In this document: in pieces, positions 18,704 to 28,010 of the stretch
Numbering within the stretch: the stretch's first letter is position 1
Layout: every line of letters begins with the position of its first letter
From: an uncultured delta proteobacterium
Lineage (GTDB): Bacteria; Myxococcota_A; Polyangia; Polyangiales; JAFGIB01
Direction: 5' to 3'
Length of the DNA stretch: 64,000 bases
NCBI GenBank assembly: GCA_963778655.1
Contig: CAVZVA010000010.1
Location: 1,248,001 to 1,312,000 of the forward strand
Made by a program: the position numbers and the translations under genes
The notes under the pieces: model-generated
Databases searched by the model: none
What the model was told of the DNA's origin: nothing
Seen by the model: the letters and a program-made list of their open reading frames with translations, nothing else

Positions 18704-19255
18704 GTGAGCGCGCGCCCGGCAGGCAGCCCAGAGAGTCCGCCCGGCGCGGTCGAGCCCCGGGCCTTCGAGGCGATCTATGCCGAGCAGTTTTCGTTCGTGT
18801 GGCGTTGCCTGCGCAGCCTGGGCGTGGCGCCCGAGGCGCTCGACGACGCGGCCCAGGAGGTGTTCGTGGTCGCGCACCGCAGGCTCGCCGAGTTTCGCGG
18901 CGAGTCGAGCCTGCGCACCTGGCTGTACGGCATCCTGCGCAACGTCGCCGCCAACCAGCGGCGCGGTGCGCTGCGCCGCCTGCGCCAGCTGCCGCTGCTG
19001 CACGAGCCCGCGGCGCCCTCGCCCGGCCCGCACGAGCGCGCGCAGGATCGCGAGGCGGCTGCCTTCGTGCAGGGGTTTCTGGTCGAGCTCGACGACAAGA
19101 AGCGGGAGTTGTTCGTGTTGGCGCTGATCGAGCAGATGAGCATGCCGGAGGTCGCCCGCGCGCTCGGCATTCCCCTCAACACCGCCTACACGCGCCTGCG
19201 CAGCGTGCGGCTCGAGTTTCAACGCGCGCTCGCGCGTAAGCAAGGACGCCGATGA
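18704..19255 (+). CDS. ECF RNA polymerase sigma factor
   Basis: DDAAQEVF, FRGESSLRTWLYGI, MSMPEVARALGIPLNTAYTRL; start GTG 18704 (alternative ATG 18656). Confidence 0.92.
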   Translation: MSARPAGSPESPPGAVEPRAFEAIYAEQFSFVWRCLRSLGVAPEALDDAAQEVFVVAHRRLAEFRGESSLRTWLYGILRNVAANQRRGALRRLRQLPLLHEPAAPSPGPHERAQDREAAAFVQGFLVELDDKKRELFVLALIEQMSMPEVARALGIPLNTAYTRLRSVRLEFQRALARKQGRR

Positions 19256-20031
19256 ACGATCTGGACGTCGAGGCGATGCGCGTGCTCGAAGGCGCGCGAC
19301 GCGAGCTCGAGCCGAGTGCGGCCGACGCCGAGCGCGTGCTCGCGGCCACGCGCCGGGCGCTGCTCGCGGGGCACGCCGCAACGGCCGACGGCTCGCAGCA
19401 CGCGCAGGATGCGCTCCGGCCTTCGTCCGGGCGCCCGCTGCGCCGCGTTGCGGCGCGAGCGCTTGGCTCACGGCTGCTGGCCGCGCTGTGTCTGGCGGGG
19501 GCCTCCGGGGCTGCGGGCTACTACGCGGGCGAGCGTGCGGGGCGGCAGGAGCACTCGCAGGCGGTCGCCATCGCGCAGGTGCGTCCCCCGAGCGAGGGCG
19601 CCCGGCCGACGCAGCCCCTGCCGCCTCCCGCGGCCGCACCTGCCGCGTCCGCCGCGGTCCCGCCTGTGGCGACGCCTGCGCCTGGGCCGGCGCCGCGGTC
19701 CGCGCCGGCTGGCCGTGCAGCCGCCGCGCCGGTCGCCGCGGCCTCGCTCCAGCAGGAGTCGCGCATGCTCGCGCGCGTCGAACGCGCGCTACGCGAGCAC
19801 AATCCGCAGCAGGCGCTGGTGCTGCTCGGCGAGCTCGACCGCAAGCTGCCGGGGGGCCAGCTGCGCGAGGAGCGGCTCGCCGCGTTCATCATCGCGCGCT
19901 GCTCGCTCGGGCTGGGCTCGCCGGCGCTGCTGGTGGCGGAGTTCTCGCAGCACTATCCGGGCAGCGTGTACTTCGCGCGCGTGCGTCAGAGCTGCGCTGC
20001 CGGCGAGGATGCCGTGCTGCCGAACGAGTAG
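19252..20031 (+). CDS. Putative anti-sigma factor (TM, Pro-rich linker, TPR-like C-terminus)
   Basis: ATGA overlap with sigma; C-terminal PGGQLREERLAAFIIARCSLG...YPGSVYFARVRQSC. Confidence 0.75.
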   Translation: MNDLDVEAMRVLEGARRELEPSAADAERVLAATRRALLAGHAATADGSQHAQDALRPSSGRPLRRVAARALGSRLLAALCLAGASGAAGYYAGERAGRQEHSQAVAIAQVRPPSEGARPTQPLPPPAAAPAASAAVPPVATPAPGPAPRSAPAGRAAAAPVAAASLQQESRMLARVERALREHNPQQALVLLGELDRKLPGGQLREERLAAFIIARCSLGLGSPALLVAEFSQHYPGSVYFARVRQSCAAGEDAVLPNE

Positions 20032-20055
20032 CGAGGATCGCGATGCACGATTGCA

Positions 20056-20081
20056 CAACGGATCGCAGACGCGCCGGACAC
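20056..20081 (+). promoter_or_regulatory. Putative ECF promoter copy 2
   Basis: CAACGGATCGC-N6-GCCGGACAC upstream of lipoprotein gene. Confidence 0.6.
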
Positions 20082-20134
20082 CCAATGCCGGAAGGTCCGA
20101 GGACGTGCCCCGCGACCCACGAGGGAGAAAGCAG

Positions 20135-20881
20135 ATGAAGCAAGCTATCGATGCAACGTTTCTGTGCCTGCTCGCCGGCGCGCTCGGCGCATGCGCCGCG
20201 GGCAAGGTCGACATCGGCAATGACAAGCCGGCGGTCGCGCTCGGCGCGAGCTTGTCCGACTACCAGGGCAGCTGGCACGGCTACGCCGAAGCCTTCCAGT
20301 TCAGCGATGGCAGCGACAACGTCGCGCTCTCGCTCGACCAGAGCGGCGCCGGCTCGCTGTCCGTGGGCGACTCCGCTCCGCTACCGCCGCCCGACATCAC
20401 TCGCGGTTATCCGCCGACCGGCGAAAGCCCCGAGGCGATCAGGGACCAAGCGCCCGCTCTGGTGTCCGGCTTCGACTATCCCGTGGCCGGCGCGAAGGTG
20501 CAGAGCCGGCGCATTCAGCTCGCGACCTCGACCCGTGAGTTGTACCGGGCCTGGTGCGAGATGCAGGCGCCGATGCTCGCGGTTGGCACCTATCCGACGA
20601 CCTACGTGTGTCCGGGCGGCGGAGGCTACTCGTTCGGCGGCGACCCACCGGTGTGCATGGTTCCGGGGCCCGATCCCAACGACAGCAGCACCTACACGAC
20701 GATCGATTGCGGGGTGGCCATGACCTGCCTGCGCTGCACCTGCACCGAGACGAGCTGTTCGGTCACGACCGATCCGCCCGACGTGCAGCTCGACGCCGCG
20801 CTCGAGTCCGACGGGCAGGAGCTGGTCGGCACGCTGGTGCTCGATAGCACCCGCATCACCGTGCGCATGATGCGCGATTGA
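20135..20881 (+). CDS. Cys-containing lipoprotein, unknown function
   Basis: GGGAG RBS; lipobox LGAC; WHGYAE; Cys cluster CLRCTCTETSC. Confidence 0.75.
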   Translation: MKQAIDATFLCLLAGALGACAAGKVDIGNDKPAVALGASLSDYQGSWHGYAEAFQFSDGSDNVALSLDQSGAGSLSVGDSAPLPPPDITRGYPPTGESPEAIRDQAPALVSGFDYPVAGAKVQSRRIQLATSTRELYRAWCEMQAPMLAVGTYPTTYVCPGGGGYSFGGDPPVCMVPGPDPNDSSTYTTIDCGVAMTCLRCTCTETSCSVTTDPPDVQLDAALESDGQELVGTLVLDSTRITVRMMRD

Positions 20882-20972
20882 GGCGAGGAGGCGAGCGCGG
20901 CGCCGTCCCGGAGCCATCCGAGATGTCGCCGCGCTTTGCCGCGTGCGCGGGTCGCCGCCGTGCCGCCGCGCG

Positions 20973-22175
20973 TCAGTTGCAGGAGCCGCCGGCCGAGGCG
21001 GGGAAGTAGTACGTGATGGCCATGCACATCTCGTTGGTGTCGGCCGAGGGGCCGGTAGTCACGACCTGGGGCAAATCGTTCTGATAGTCGCAGCGATAGT
21101 GCAGCTTCTCGCCGGGCTGGAAGGTCATGAAGGGCTCGGTGATCCACTTGCGCTCCATGGGCACCTCCCAGTCGGGCGAGCTCACCAGGGTTTCGCCCAT
21201 CGACCCGTCGGCCATCAGGCGTGAGATCGTGGCCATCGTTCCGCGCCGGTGCTCGTGGGTCAGCATGTAGAAGAACTTCGCGCCCGGTCCCGGCGTGCAG
21301 TCGCCCTCGACGGTCTGCGTGCCGTTCGGGGGAATGAAGATGCCGGTGTTGTAGCTGATCAGCGGTGCCGCCTGCTGGAACTCGCCCTGGGCGAAGATCA
21401 CGTTGAGCGTCACGTGCGCCTGCAGCGTCTGCTGCGTGGTGTTGATGTAGTGCATGTCGAACGCGATGCGCTGGCGTGATCCGAGCGCGAACGCCACCCC
21501 CTCTGGAATCTGCAGGTCGATGTGGGGCTGGGCCGAGCTGTAGATCCAGCTCTGGAAGCCCGTGATGCAGCCGTTCTGGTCCATCGTGCCCACCGGCGTG
21601 GCGTCGTTGTCGGTCTTGTAGAGGATGAAATGATGGCTGCCCGCCGCCATCACCGACTCGTAGTAGTGGACGTTGATCGGGCCGTCGACGGGGATTTCGG
21701 TGTGATAGCAGGCGAACTTCTCCGCACCTGGAGGGACTTCGAACATCGGGGTCGAGATCTGCACGCCCTCGCCCGGTGCGGGCGCCATCAGCGTTTTGGT
21801 TGCAGGGTCGTACAGGCTCAGCGGGCTGGTGCCCGGTGCGGGCGCCGCGGCTGCGCCCGCGGCACCCATCATCAGTGGCGCCGCTGCACCCCCGGTGCCC
21901 ATGGTCGTCGCCGGTCCGGGCACGGTCGGCACCACCGCCGGGGCGCTTGCTCCTGCTGCGCCGGGTAGGGGGTTTGTGTTCGTTCCGGTCGTGCTTCCCG
22001 CTGCCGGCAGCGTGTTCATGGGAACCGGATTGGTGCCCACGCTCGTCACCGGCGGCGAGACCGTAACTCCGGGCCGCGGGCCGGTGGAGTTGTTGCTGCC
22101 GCACGCGCAGAGTGAAGCCACTGCGATCGCGAAGGCGGTCGCCCACGCGATCGGGGAAGATTGACGATTGATCAT
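20973..22175 (-). CDS. Copper type II ascorbate-dependent monooxygenase-like (PHM/DBH fold) lipoprotein
   Basis: Lipobox LCAC; CuH ligands GSHHFIL and MHYIN; CuM ligands HEH and NEMC. Confidence 0.8.
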   Translation of the reverse strand: MINRQSSPIAWATAFAIAVASLCACGSNNSTGPRPGVTVSPPVTSVGTNPVPMNTLPAAGSTTGTNTNPLPGAAGASAPAVVPTVPGPATTMGTGGAAAPLMMGAAGAAAAPAPGTSPLSLYDPATKTLMAPAPGEGVQISTPMFEVPPGAEKFACYHTEIPVDGPINVHYYESVMAAGSHHFILYKTDNDATPVGTMDQNGCITGFQSWIYSSAQPHIDLQIPEGVAFALGSRQRIAFDMHYINTTQQTLQAHVTLNVIFAQGEFQQAAPLISYNTGIFIPPNGTQTVEGDCTPGPGAKFFYMLTHEHRRGTMATISRLMADGSMGETLVSSPDWEVPMERKWITEPFMTFQPGEKLHYRCDYQNDLPQVVTTGPSADTNEMCMAITYYFPASAGGSCN

Positions 22176-22757
22176 TTCTAACACCTCCGTGCGTAGACCC
22201 AAGCGAGGCCTGCGCGTCGGACACCACGCACCGATCGCGAAATGGGCCATGGCCAGCGTGCCCGTGGATCGCGACGTTTATATAACTAGCGAAAACCAGA
22301 CAGGTTGCCCAGTCCACTTTGTGGGGAAAAGCCAAGATCCGGTCGGTGCCGAAGCTTCGCGGGGTCCGCGCTGACCGCAGGTGCGGCCGTACGCGTGACG
22401 GTGGGCGGACCCTGATGCAATCGGCTTGGCCGAGCCCAGGGGACTGCTCGCAACCGCGGGTCAGCTGGTGCACTGACACAGCTCTCGCCAAAGATTTGCC
22501 AAGAATTTCTCCAGGGCTCTTCGGCCGAAAAACACGCCGGCACCCAGGACGCGTGATCGCATGCGGGGTAGATCTCCGTAGTGGGCAGGTGGGTCACCGT
22601 GGTGGAGACTGCGCGCTCTTCGTGTTGCACCTGGGTTCGGCTGGCTCGGCTTGCGGGCCGAAGAAACCCTCCAGGGGGTGCATGCGGAAGCGCAGGTTTG
22701 CTGGCCTCGGAGGGCCCCGCGCCTGGGATACATGAACGCGGCGAAGGAGGTCTGACC

Positions 22758-23885
22758 ATGGCACGAAGCGGGATCCTGATTGCGGCGGTGCTGCTGTGTT
22801 GGGGCTGTGCGGCCTCCTCGAACGGCTCGAACCAGCCGGCGGGGACGGGGGGAAGCTCGGTCGCCGCAGGCGCGATCGGAACGGGCGGCACGGTGGCCGG
22901 GACCGGCGGCATGACCGCGCCGGGCGCTCAGGGCGGCACGTCGACCGGCGGCACACCGGCGCTGGTCGGCACCGGTGGCATGGCGCCCGTGGCCATGGGC
23001 ACGGGTGGCGGCGTCAGCATGCCGCCGGGGACGGGAGGGATGGGCGCCGTGGGTCAAGGCATGGCCGGCAGCGGTCCGGTGGACAACACCGGCAACGTCA
23101 TGACCTCGTCGGACCCGAAGATCCCGCCCGTCACGGGTGACTGCCCGCCATTCGCCGAGGGCACCACCACCATGGACTTCATGGGCTTCACGGGCGCCAT
23201 CTTCGAGGTCGGGCCCAAGGCCAACGGCACCGGCTCGCTGATCTTCTACTGGCACGGCACCGGCTCGTTCTCCGGCGAGTACGCGACCTCCACCGTCCCG
23301 GGGCCGGTCCTGTCGGACCTCAAGGCCAAGGGCGGCATCCTGGTCTCGCCGCAGGCCGGCACCGGCACCGGCGGCGACTGCTCGGGCACGGGGACCTTCG
23401 CCATGGACGACTTCAAGACCGCCGATGAGATCGCGGCTTGTGCGGTGCGCGACTGGAACATCGATCCGCACCGTATCTACGCCACGGGTTGCAGCGCCGG
23501 CGGGCTGCAGTCGGGTTGCATGGCGATGATGCGCTCGAGCTATATGGCGGCGGCGGTGCCGAACTCCGGCGGCGAGGTGTTCCCGATTCCGGCCGAGGAC
23601 AGTCACATCCCGGCCATAATGACGATCCACGGCGCGCCGGGCTCCGACGTGGTGATCGTGGACTTCTCACAAACCAGCGCCACCATGGATGACGCGATCA
23701 AGATGGCGGGGGGCTTCGCGATCGACTGCAACCACGGCGGCGGCCACTGCGGCTTGCCGTCGCTGCCGGCCGACGTGGCCATGGCGGGCTGGCAGTTCAT
23801 GCAGGATCATCCCTTCGGCGTGAGTCCCGAGCCGTACGCCACGAGCTTGCCCTCGAGCTTTCCCAGCTACTGCAAGATCTGGTAG
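22758..23885 (+). CDS. Alpha/beta-hydrolase (esterase/PHB depolymerase-like) lipoprotein
   Basis: AAGGAGG RBS; lipobox WGC; GTGG linker; FYWHGTG, IDPHRIYATGCSAGG, HGGGHC. Confidence 0.8.
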   Translation: MARSGILIAAVLLCWGCAASSNGSNQPAGTGGSSVAAGAIGTGGTVAGTGGMTAPGAQGGTSTGGTPALVGTGGMAPVAMGTGGGVSMPPGTGGMGAVGQGMAGSGPVDNTGNVMTSSDPKIPPVTGDCPPFAEGTTTMDFMGFTGAIFEVGPKANGTGSLIFYWHGTGSFSGEYATSTVPGPVLSDLKAKGGILVSPQAGTGTGGDCSGTGTFAMDDFKTADEIAACAVRDWNIDPHRIYATGCSAGGLQSGCMAMMRSSYMAAAVPNSGGEVFPIPAEDSHIPAIMTIHGAPGSDVVIVDFSQTSATMDDAIKMAGGFAIDCNHGGGHCGLPSLPADVAMAGWQFMQDHPFGVSPEPYATSLPSSFPSYCKIW

Positions 23886-23910
23886 CCGCCGGCGCGCCGG
23901 TGCACTTGCC

Positions 23911-24561
23911 TCAGGGGCAGCCTGACCCCGTCGCCGTACCGGACGCGGGGTCGGAGCCCGGGCTCGCGGCCGGCGGCACCCCGAACACGTTGCGCGCGAG
24001 CGCGTCGAGGTCCGACAGTCCTGCGTACGCGCCGAGGTTGCCGTCGAGCCAGAGCGTGGCCAGGCCATGCGCCAGCGCCCACGCCGAGGTCGCGCGCAGC
24101 GCGAGCGTTTCGGGCGTGGGCTCGCCGCCGATCGCGTCGCGCACCACGCCCAACAACTGTTCGTAGGCGCTACGCGAGGCGTGCGCGAGCGCGGCATCGC
24201 CCTTGCGCAGCAGCTCGGGGCGGAACATCAACTCGAAGTGCGCCCGCTGCTCGACCGCGAACATCACGTACGCCCAGCCGGTCCACGCGAAGCGCAGCAG
24301 GGGGTCGCTGCCGCCGCGCTCGGCGGCCTGCCGCTGCGACTCGGCGAAGCGGATGAAGCCGTCGATCGCAAGCGCGGTCAGCAGTCCCGCCTTGTCGCTG
24401 AAGTGGTGGGCGGGGGCCGCGTGCGAGACCCCGGCGCGCCGTGCGACCTCGCGCAGGCTGACCCCGGAAGGGCCCTGCTCGCGCACCAGCTCCAGCGCGG
24501 CCTGCAGCAGCGCCTCCCGCAGGTGACCGTGATGATAGGCAGGCTTTCGAGCGCGTGGCAT
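23911..24561 (-). CDS. TetR/AcrR family regulator (WHG-type C-domain)
   Basis: YHHGHLREALL, SLREVARRAGVSHAAPAHHF, WALAHGLATL. Confidence 0.92.
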   Translation of the reverse strand: MPRARKPAYHHGHLREALLQAALELVREQGPSGVSLREVARRAGVSHAAPAHHFSDKAGLLTALAIDGFIRFAESQRQAAERGGSDPLLRFAWTGWAYVMFAVEQRAHFELMFRPELLRKGDAALAHASRSAYEQLLGVVRDAIGGEPTPETLALRATSAWALAHGLATLWLDGNLGAYAGLSDLDALARNVFGVPPAASPGSDPASGTATGSGCP

Positions 24562-24575
24562 ACCGCAAAGATAGG

Positions 24576-24627
24576 TCTTGACAGCGTCAAGATACAGCGG
24601 CAAGGTCCATCTTGACATTGACAAGAT
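24576..24627. promoter_or_regulatory. Twin TetR operators
   Basis: TCTTGAC-AGC-GTCAAGA (24576-24592) and ATCTTGAC-ATT-GACAAGAT (24609-24627) between divergent tetR and oxygenase. Confidence 0.8.
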
Positions 24628-24669
24628 TGCGGCCCGCCGAGCGCGGCCGTCCCGGAAAGGATCCCCGCC

Positions 24670-26058
24670 ATGACCCAGACCCCGTCCTCCGCCGCGGCTC
24701 CGAGCGAGCCGCAGTCCCAGCCCTTGCCCGAGCACCCCCACCTGAGGGGCAACTTCGCACCGGTGCCGCAGGAGCAGACCCTGGGCGAGCTGCGCGTGCG
24801 CGGCGCGCTGCCACCCGAGCTCAACGGCGTGCTGATGCGCAACGGCCCCAATCCGGTGGGCCCGATCTCGCCCAACCACCACTGGTTCGCGGGCGACGCC
24901 ATGCTGCACGCGGTCGAGCTGCGCGGCGGCCGCGCGCTCGGCTACCGCAACCGCTTCGTGCGCACGGCCCACGTCGAGCAGGTGCTGGGCCTGCCCGCGG
25001 CGCCCGTGAGCCCGCATCAGCCCTTCGTGCAGGGCTCGGGCTCGGTCAACGTTGTTCGCCACGCCGGCCGCGTGCTCGCGCTGGGCGAGGCCGGTCTTCC
25101 CTACGCGCTCAGCCGCGAGCTGCAGACGCTCGGCCAGCACGACTACGATGGCCAGCTGCGCTCGAGCATGACCGCGCACCCCAAGCTCGACCCGGTCACC
25201 GGCGAGCTGTTCTTTTTCGGCTACGACATCGGTCCGGTGACCCTGCGCTACCACGTGGCCGATGCGCAGGGCCGCTTGCGCAAGAGCCTCGAGATAAAGA
25301 CCAAGGGGCCGACCATGATGCACGACTTCGGCGTGACCGAGACGCGCGTGGTGTTCATGGACTTGCCGGTCGTGCTCGACCTGTCGCTTTTCGAGCGTGG
25401 CTACGCGATTCCCTACCGCTGGGACGAGAGCTACGGCGCGCGGCTGGGCGTGATGCGGCGTGACGGCGACGGCAGCGATCTGCGCTGGTTCGAGATCCCG
25501 CCCTGCTACGTCTATCACCCGTTCAACGCCTATGACGACGGCGAGCGAATCGTGATGCATGTGGTCGAGCACGCCCGCACCTTCGCGCACAGCCTGACCG
25601 GCCCCGAGGATCCGAGCTCGCCGCGCTGCGTGCGCTGGGAGATCGACGCGGCCCGCGGGGCGCTCGACCGCCACGTGCTCGACGAGCGCGGCCAGGAGTT
25701 TCCGCGCATCGACCCGCGCCGCGCCGCGCGCCGCCACCGCTACGGCTACAGCGTGCAAACCAGCTGGGACGGCACCGGTGTCGGCTTCGGCGGCTTGCTC
25801 AAGCACGACTTCGAGCGCGGCACCAGCGAAGCGCACGCGCTCGCGCCGGGCCAGGCCGCGAGCGAAGGCGTGTTCGTGCCGGTGGGCGCGGGCGAGGACG
25901 AGGGTTACGTGGTCGCGCCCGTGTTCGACGCCGGCAAGGGCACGAGCGAGGTGCGGGTGATCGACGCCCAGCGCTTCAGCGCGGCGCCGCTCGCGGTGAT
26001 CGAGCTTCCCGTGCGCATCCCGTTCGGCTTCCACGGCGATTTCTTCGCCGACGCGTGA
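24670..26058 (+). CDS. Carotenoid/stilbenoid cleavage oxygenase (RPE65 family)
   Basis: GNFAPV, RNGPNP, HWFAGDAMLH, TAHPKLDP, MMHDF, YHPFNAY, EFPRID, SEGVFVP, PFGFHG. Confidence 0.93.
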   Translation: MTQTPSSAAAPSEPQSQPLPEHPHLRGNFAPVPQEQTLGELRVRGALPPELNGVLMRNGPNPVGPISPNHHWFAGDAMLHAVELRGGRALGYRNRFVRTAHVEQVLGLPAAPVSPHQPFVQGSGSVNVVRHAGRVLALGEAGLPYALSRELQTLGQHDYDGQLRSSMTAHPKLDPVTGELFFFGYDIGPVTLRYHVADAQGRLRKSLEIKTKGPTMMHDFGVTETRVVFMDLPVVLDLSLFERGYAIPYRWDESYGARLGVMRRDGDGSDLRWFEIPPCYVYHPFNAYDDGERIVMHVVEHARTFAHSLTGPEDPSSPRCVRWEIDAARGALDRHVLDERGQEFPRIDPRRAARRHRYGYSVQTSWDGTGVGFGGLLKHDFERGTSEAHALAPGQAASEGVFVPVGAGEDEGYVVAPVFDAGKGTSEVRVIDAQRFSAAPLAVIELPVRIPFGFHGDFFADA

Positions 26059-26067
26059 AGAGTCTTG

Positions 26068-26390
26068 GAGCCGGGAGGGGCGCGCGCCCCTCCCGGTGAT
26101 GGAGCCGGGCGAGCACGCGCGAGCGAAGCGAGCCTCGGGGGAGGGTGGGCCCCGTTGGGCTTGGCCCAACGGGCGGAAGGGGCGCGTGCCCCTGGCGGAG
26201 CCGGGCGAGCACGCGCGAGCGAAGCGAGCCTCGGGGGAGGGTGGGCCCCGTTGGGCTTGGCCCAACGGGCGGAAGGGGCGCGTGCCCCTGGCGGAGCCGG
26301 GCGAGCACGCGCGAGCGAAGCGAGCCTCGGGGGAGGGTGGGCCCCGTTGGGCTTGGCCCAACGGGCGGGAGGGGCGTGTGCCCCTCCCGG
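26068..26390. repeat. REP/BIME-like tandem palindromic array, 3 x 96 bp plus partial unit
   Basis: Units start at 26101, 26197 and 26293; each holds GCGAGCGAAGCGAGC, hairpin CCCGTTGGGC-TTG-GCCCAACGGG and hairpin AGGGGC-N4-GCCCCT; lies between convergent genes. Confidence 0.9.
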
Positions 26391-26400
26391 TCAGGAGACC

Positions 26401-27048
26401 TTACGGAAGATGCTCGGCCAGGGCTTCGCGCAGCTTGTGGCGCGCGCGGTGCAGTAGCACCCGCTGGTTGGTGGCGCTGAGCTCCAGCAGCGAGCACACG
26501 TCGGCCGCGTCGAGCTGCGCCACGTCGCGCAGCTCGACGACCAAGCGCTGCTGCTCGGGCAGCTCCGCGATCGCGCGCTTGACGTGCTCGCGCAGCTGCT
26601 GATCGGCCGCCAGGCGTTCGGGCGTGAGCGTGTCGCCGAGCGCGCGCGGGGGGCTGCGCCACGCGCCCTCGGCGTTGAACGCGTCGGCCGGCGGCGCCCG
26701 CTGGCCCTCCGCCAAGGCGGAGAACGGGAGCGAGCGTCGCTCGCGCGCGGCTCGTGTGCGCGCGCGATTGAGCAGGATGCGCACCACCCAGGTCTTGAGG
26801 CTGGAGCGCCCTTCGAAGCCGGGCAGCCCTTCGAGCACCGCGAGCCAGGTGTCCTGCGCCACCTCTTCGCCGACCGCGGCGTCGTGCACGATTGCACTGG
26901 CCAACCGCAGCAGCAGCGGCTGCAGCTCGACGAACACGCGCTGAAACGCGTGCTCGTCGCCGGCCAGCAGGCGCGCGACCAGCTCGCGGTCCGCGGACGG
27001 CGAGGAGGGGCGAGCCGCGTGCGCCGCGACCGGAGCTTGCACCATCAT
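26401..27048 (-). CDS. ECF RNA polymerase sigma factor
   Basis: EEVAQDTWLAV, FEGRSSLKTW, LPEQQRLVVELRDV, NQRVLLHRAR. Confidence 0.92.
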   Translation of the reverse strand: MMVQAPVAAHAARPSSPSADRELVARLLAGDEHAFQRVFVELQPLLLRLASAIVHDAAVGEEVAQDTWLAVLEGLPGFEGRSSLKTWVVRILLNRARTRAARERRSLPFSALAEGQRAPPADAFNAEGAWRSPPRALGDTLTPERLAADQQLREHVKRAIAELPEQQRLVVELRDVAQLDAADVCSLLELSATNQRVLLHRARHKLREALAEHLP

Positions 27049-27067
27049 CGGTGGCCTCCCGTGCGTT

Positions 27068-27862
27068 TCACGACACCGCTCCCCGGCCGCCGGAGCTGAA
27101 GGGCCGCGCGGCGAGCGCCGCCAACCCCGCCGCCAACAGCACGCCGCCGAGATGGAAGACCAGCACGTGCACGAGCGCGTGCGCATGCTGGCAGGTGACG
27201 TGCAGCGTGGCCGCGCCCGAGAGCGCGCCGGCCGCCCCGACTCCTGCCAGCACGGCGCGCGAGAGCGGGCGGCCGCGCCGCAGCGCGATCCACGCCACGA
27301 CCGGGAGCGCCGCCGTGGCCAGCTCGTGCAGCACGCACTTGACGCCGTACGCAGGTGCGAGCGCACCACCGCCCGCGAGCAGCGCGAACCCGAGCACGGC
27401 CGCGCACGACAGCGCTGCGGCCAACAGGCCGCGGCGGCGCGCCAGCGCGAGCAGGCCGCAAGCGGCCAGGGTGGCGAGCGCGGCCGCGAGCCAAGGCGCG
27501 CCGAGCGGGCTGCGGTGGCGCGCCAGCACGACGCTCAGCAGCGAGGCCAGCACGCTCAGCGCGAGCGCGAGCGGCAGCGGCGAAGGTCCGCCGCGCACGG
27601 GCTGGCTCTCGTTGCCGAGCGCGGCGCGCTGGCGCTGGAAGTCGCGGTACGCGTGCAACGCCTGGGCTTGTTGGCCGCGATCGACCGGGCCCGAGGCGAG
27701 CTCAGGCAGGACGCGGGCCGCGGCCTGCAGCCCCGCGAAATAAGCGCGGCAGTCGGTGCAGCCCGCGAGATGGCGGCGCACGCGCAGGCGCGTCCACGGC
27801 CCGAGCGTGCCTTCGGCGTGCTCGGTGGCCAGATTGGCGACGTCCCTACAGCGCATCCTCAT
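27068..27862 (-). CDS. Anti-sigma factor: zf-HC2 domain fused to NrsF/DUF1109-like membrane domain
   Basis: CRDV...HLAGCTDC; TM helices with KCVLHEL and LHVTC...HVLVFHLGG. Confidence 0.78.
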   Translation of the reverse strand: MRMRCRDVANLATEHAEGTLGPWTRLRVRRHLAGCTDCRAYFAGLQAAARVLPELASGPVDRGQQAQALHAYRDFQRQRAALGNESQPVRGGPSPLPLALALSVLASLLSVVLARHRSPLGAPWLAAALATLAACGLLALARRRGLLAAALSCAAVLGFALLAGGGALAPAYGVKCVLHELATAALPVVAWIALRRGRPLSRAVLAGVGAAGALSGAATLHVTCQHAHALVHVLVFHLGGVLLAAGLAALAARPFSSGGRGAVS

Positions 27863-27912
27863 TCTCGCGGGAACCGGCCATGACCAGCCATGCACGCGGT
27901 CCCATCCAAGCA

Positions 27913-27937
27913 GTCTTTGGGGTCGCGGCAATGTTAC
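27913..27937 (-). promoter_or_regulatory. Putative ECF promoter for anti-sigma/sigma operon
   Basis: GTAAC-N16-AGAC on minus strand. Confidence 0.6.
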
Positions 27938-27962
27938 AGGCGCGACGGCAAAACGAAAAAGC

Positions 27963-27987
27963 GTAACGCACGCGCGGCAAGCGAGAC
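27963..27987 (+). promoter_or_regulatory. Putative ECF promoter for divergent lipoprotein
   Basis: GTAAC-N16-AGAC on plus strand, same spacing as the divergent copy. Confidence 0.6.
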
Positions 27988-28010
27988 CAAGGCCGTACAG
28001 GAGGTTGGCG

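Noticed and set aside
22176..22757. Riboswitch or sRNA in the long intergenic region
   Set aside because: No recognisable aptamer consensus by eye; needs an Rfam search
26068..26390. Possible CRISPR array
   Set aside because: Units are near-identical along their whole 96 bp, with no unique spacers and no cas genes in the window
26065..26602. ORFs with 32-aa repeats crossing the array
   Set aside because: By-product of a repeat length divisible by 3; they overlap the sigma gene antisense
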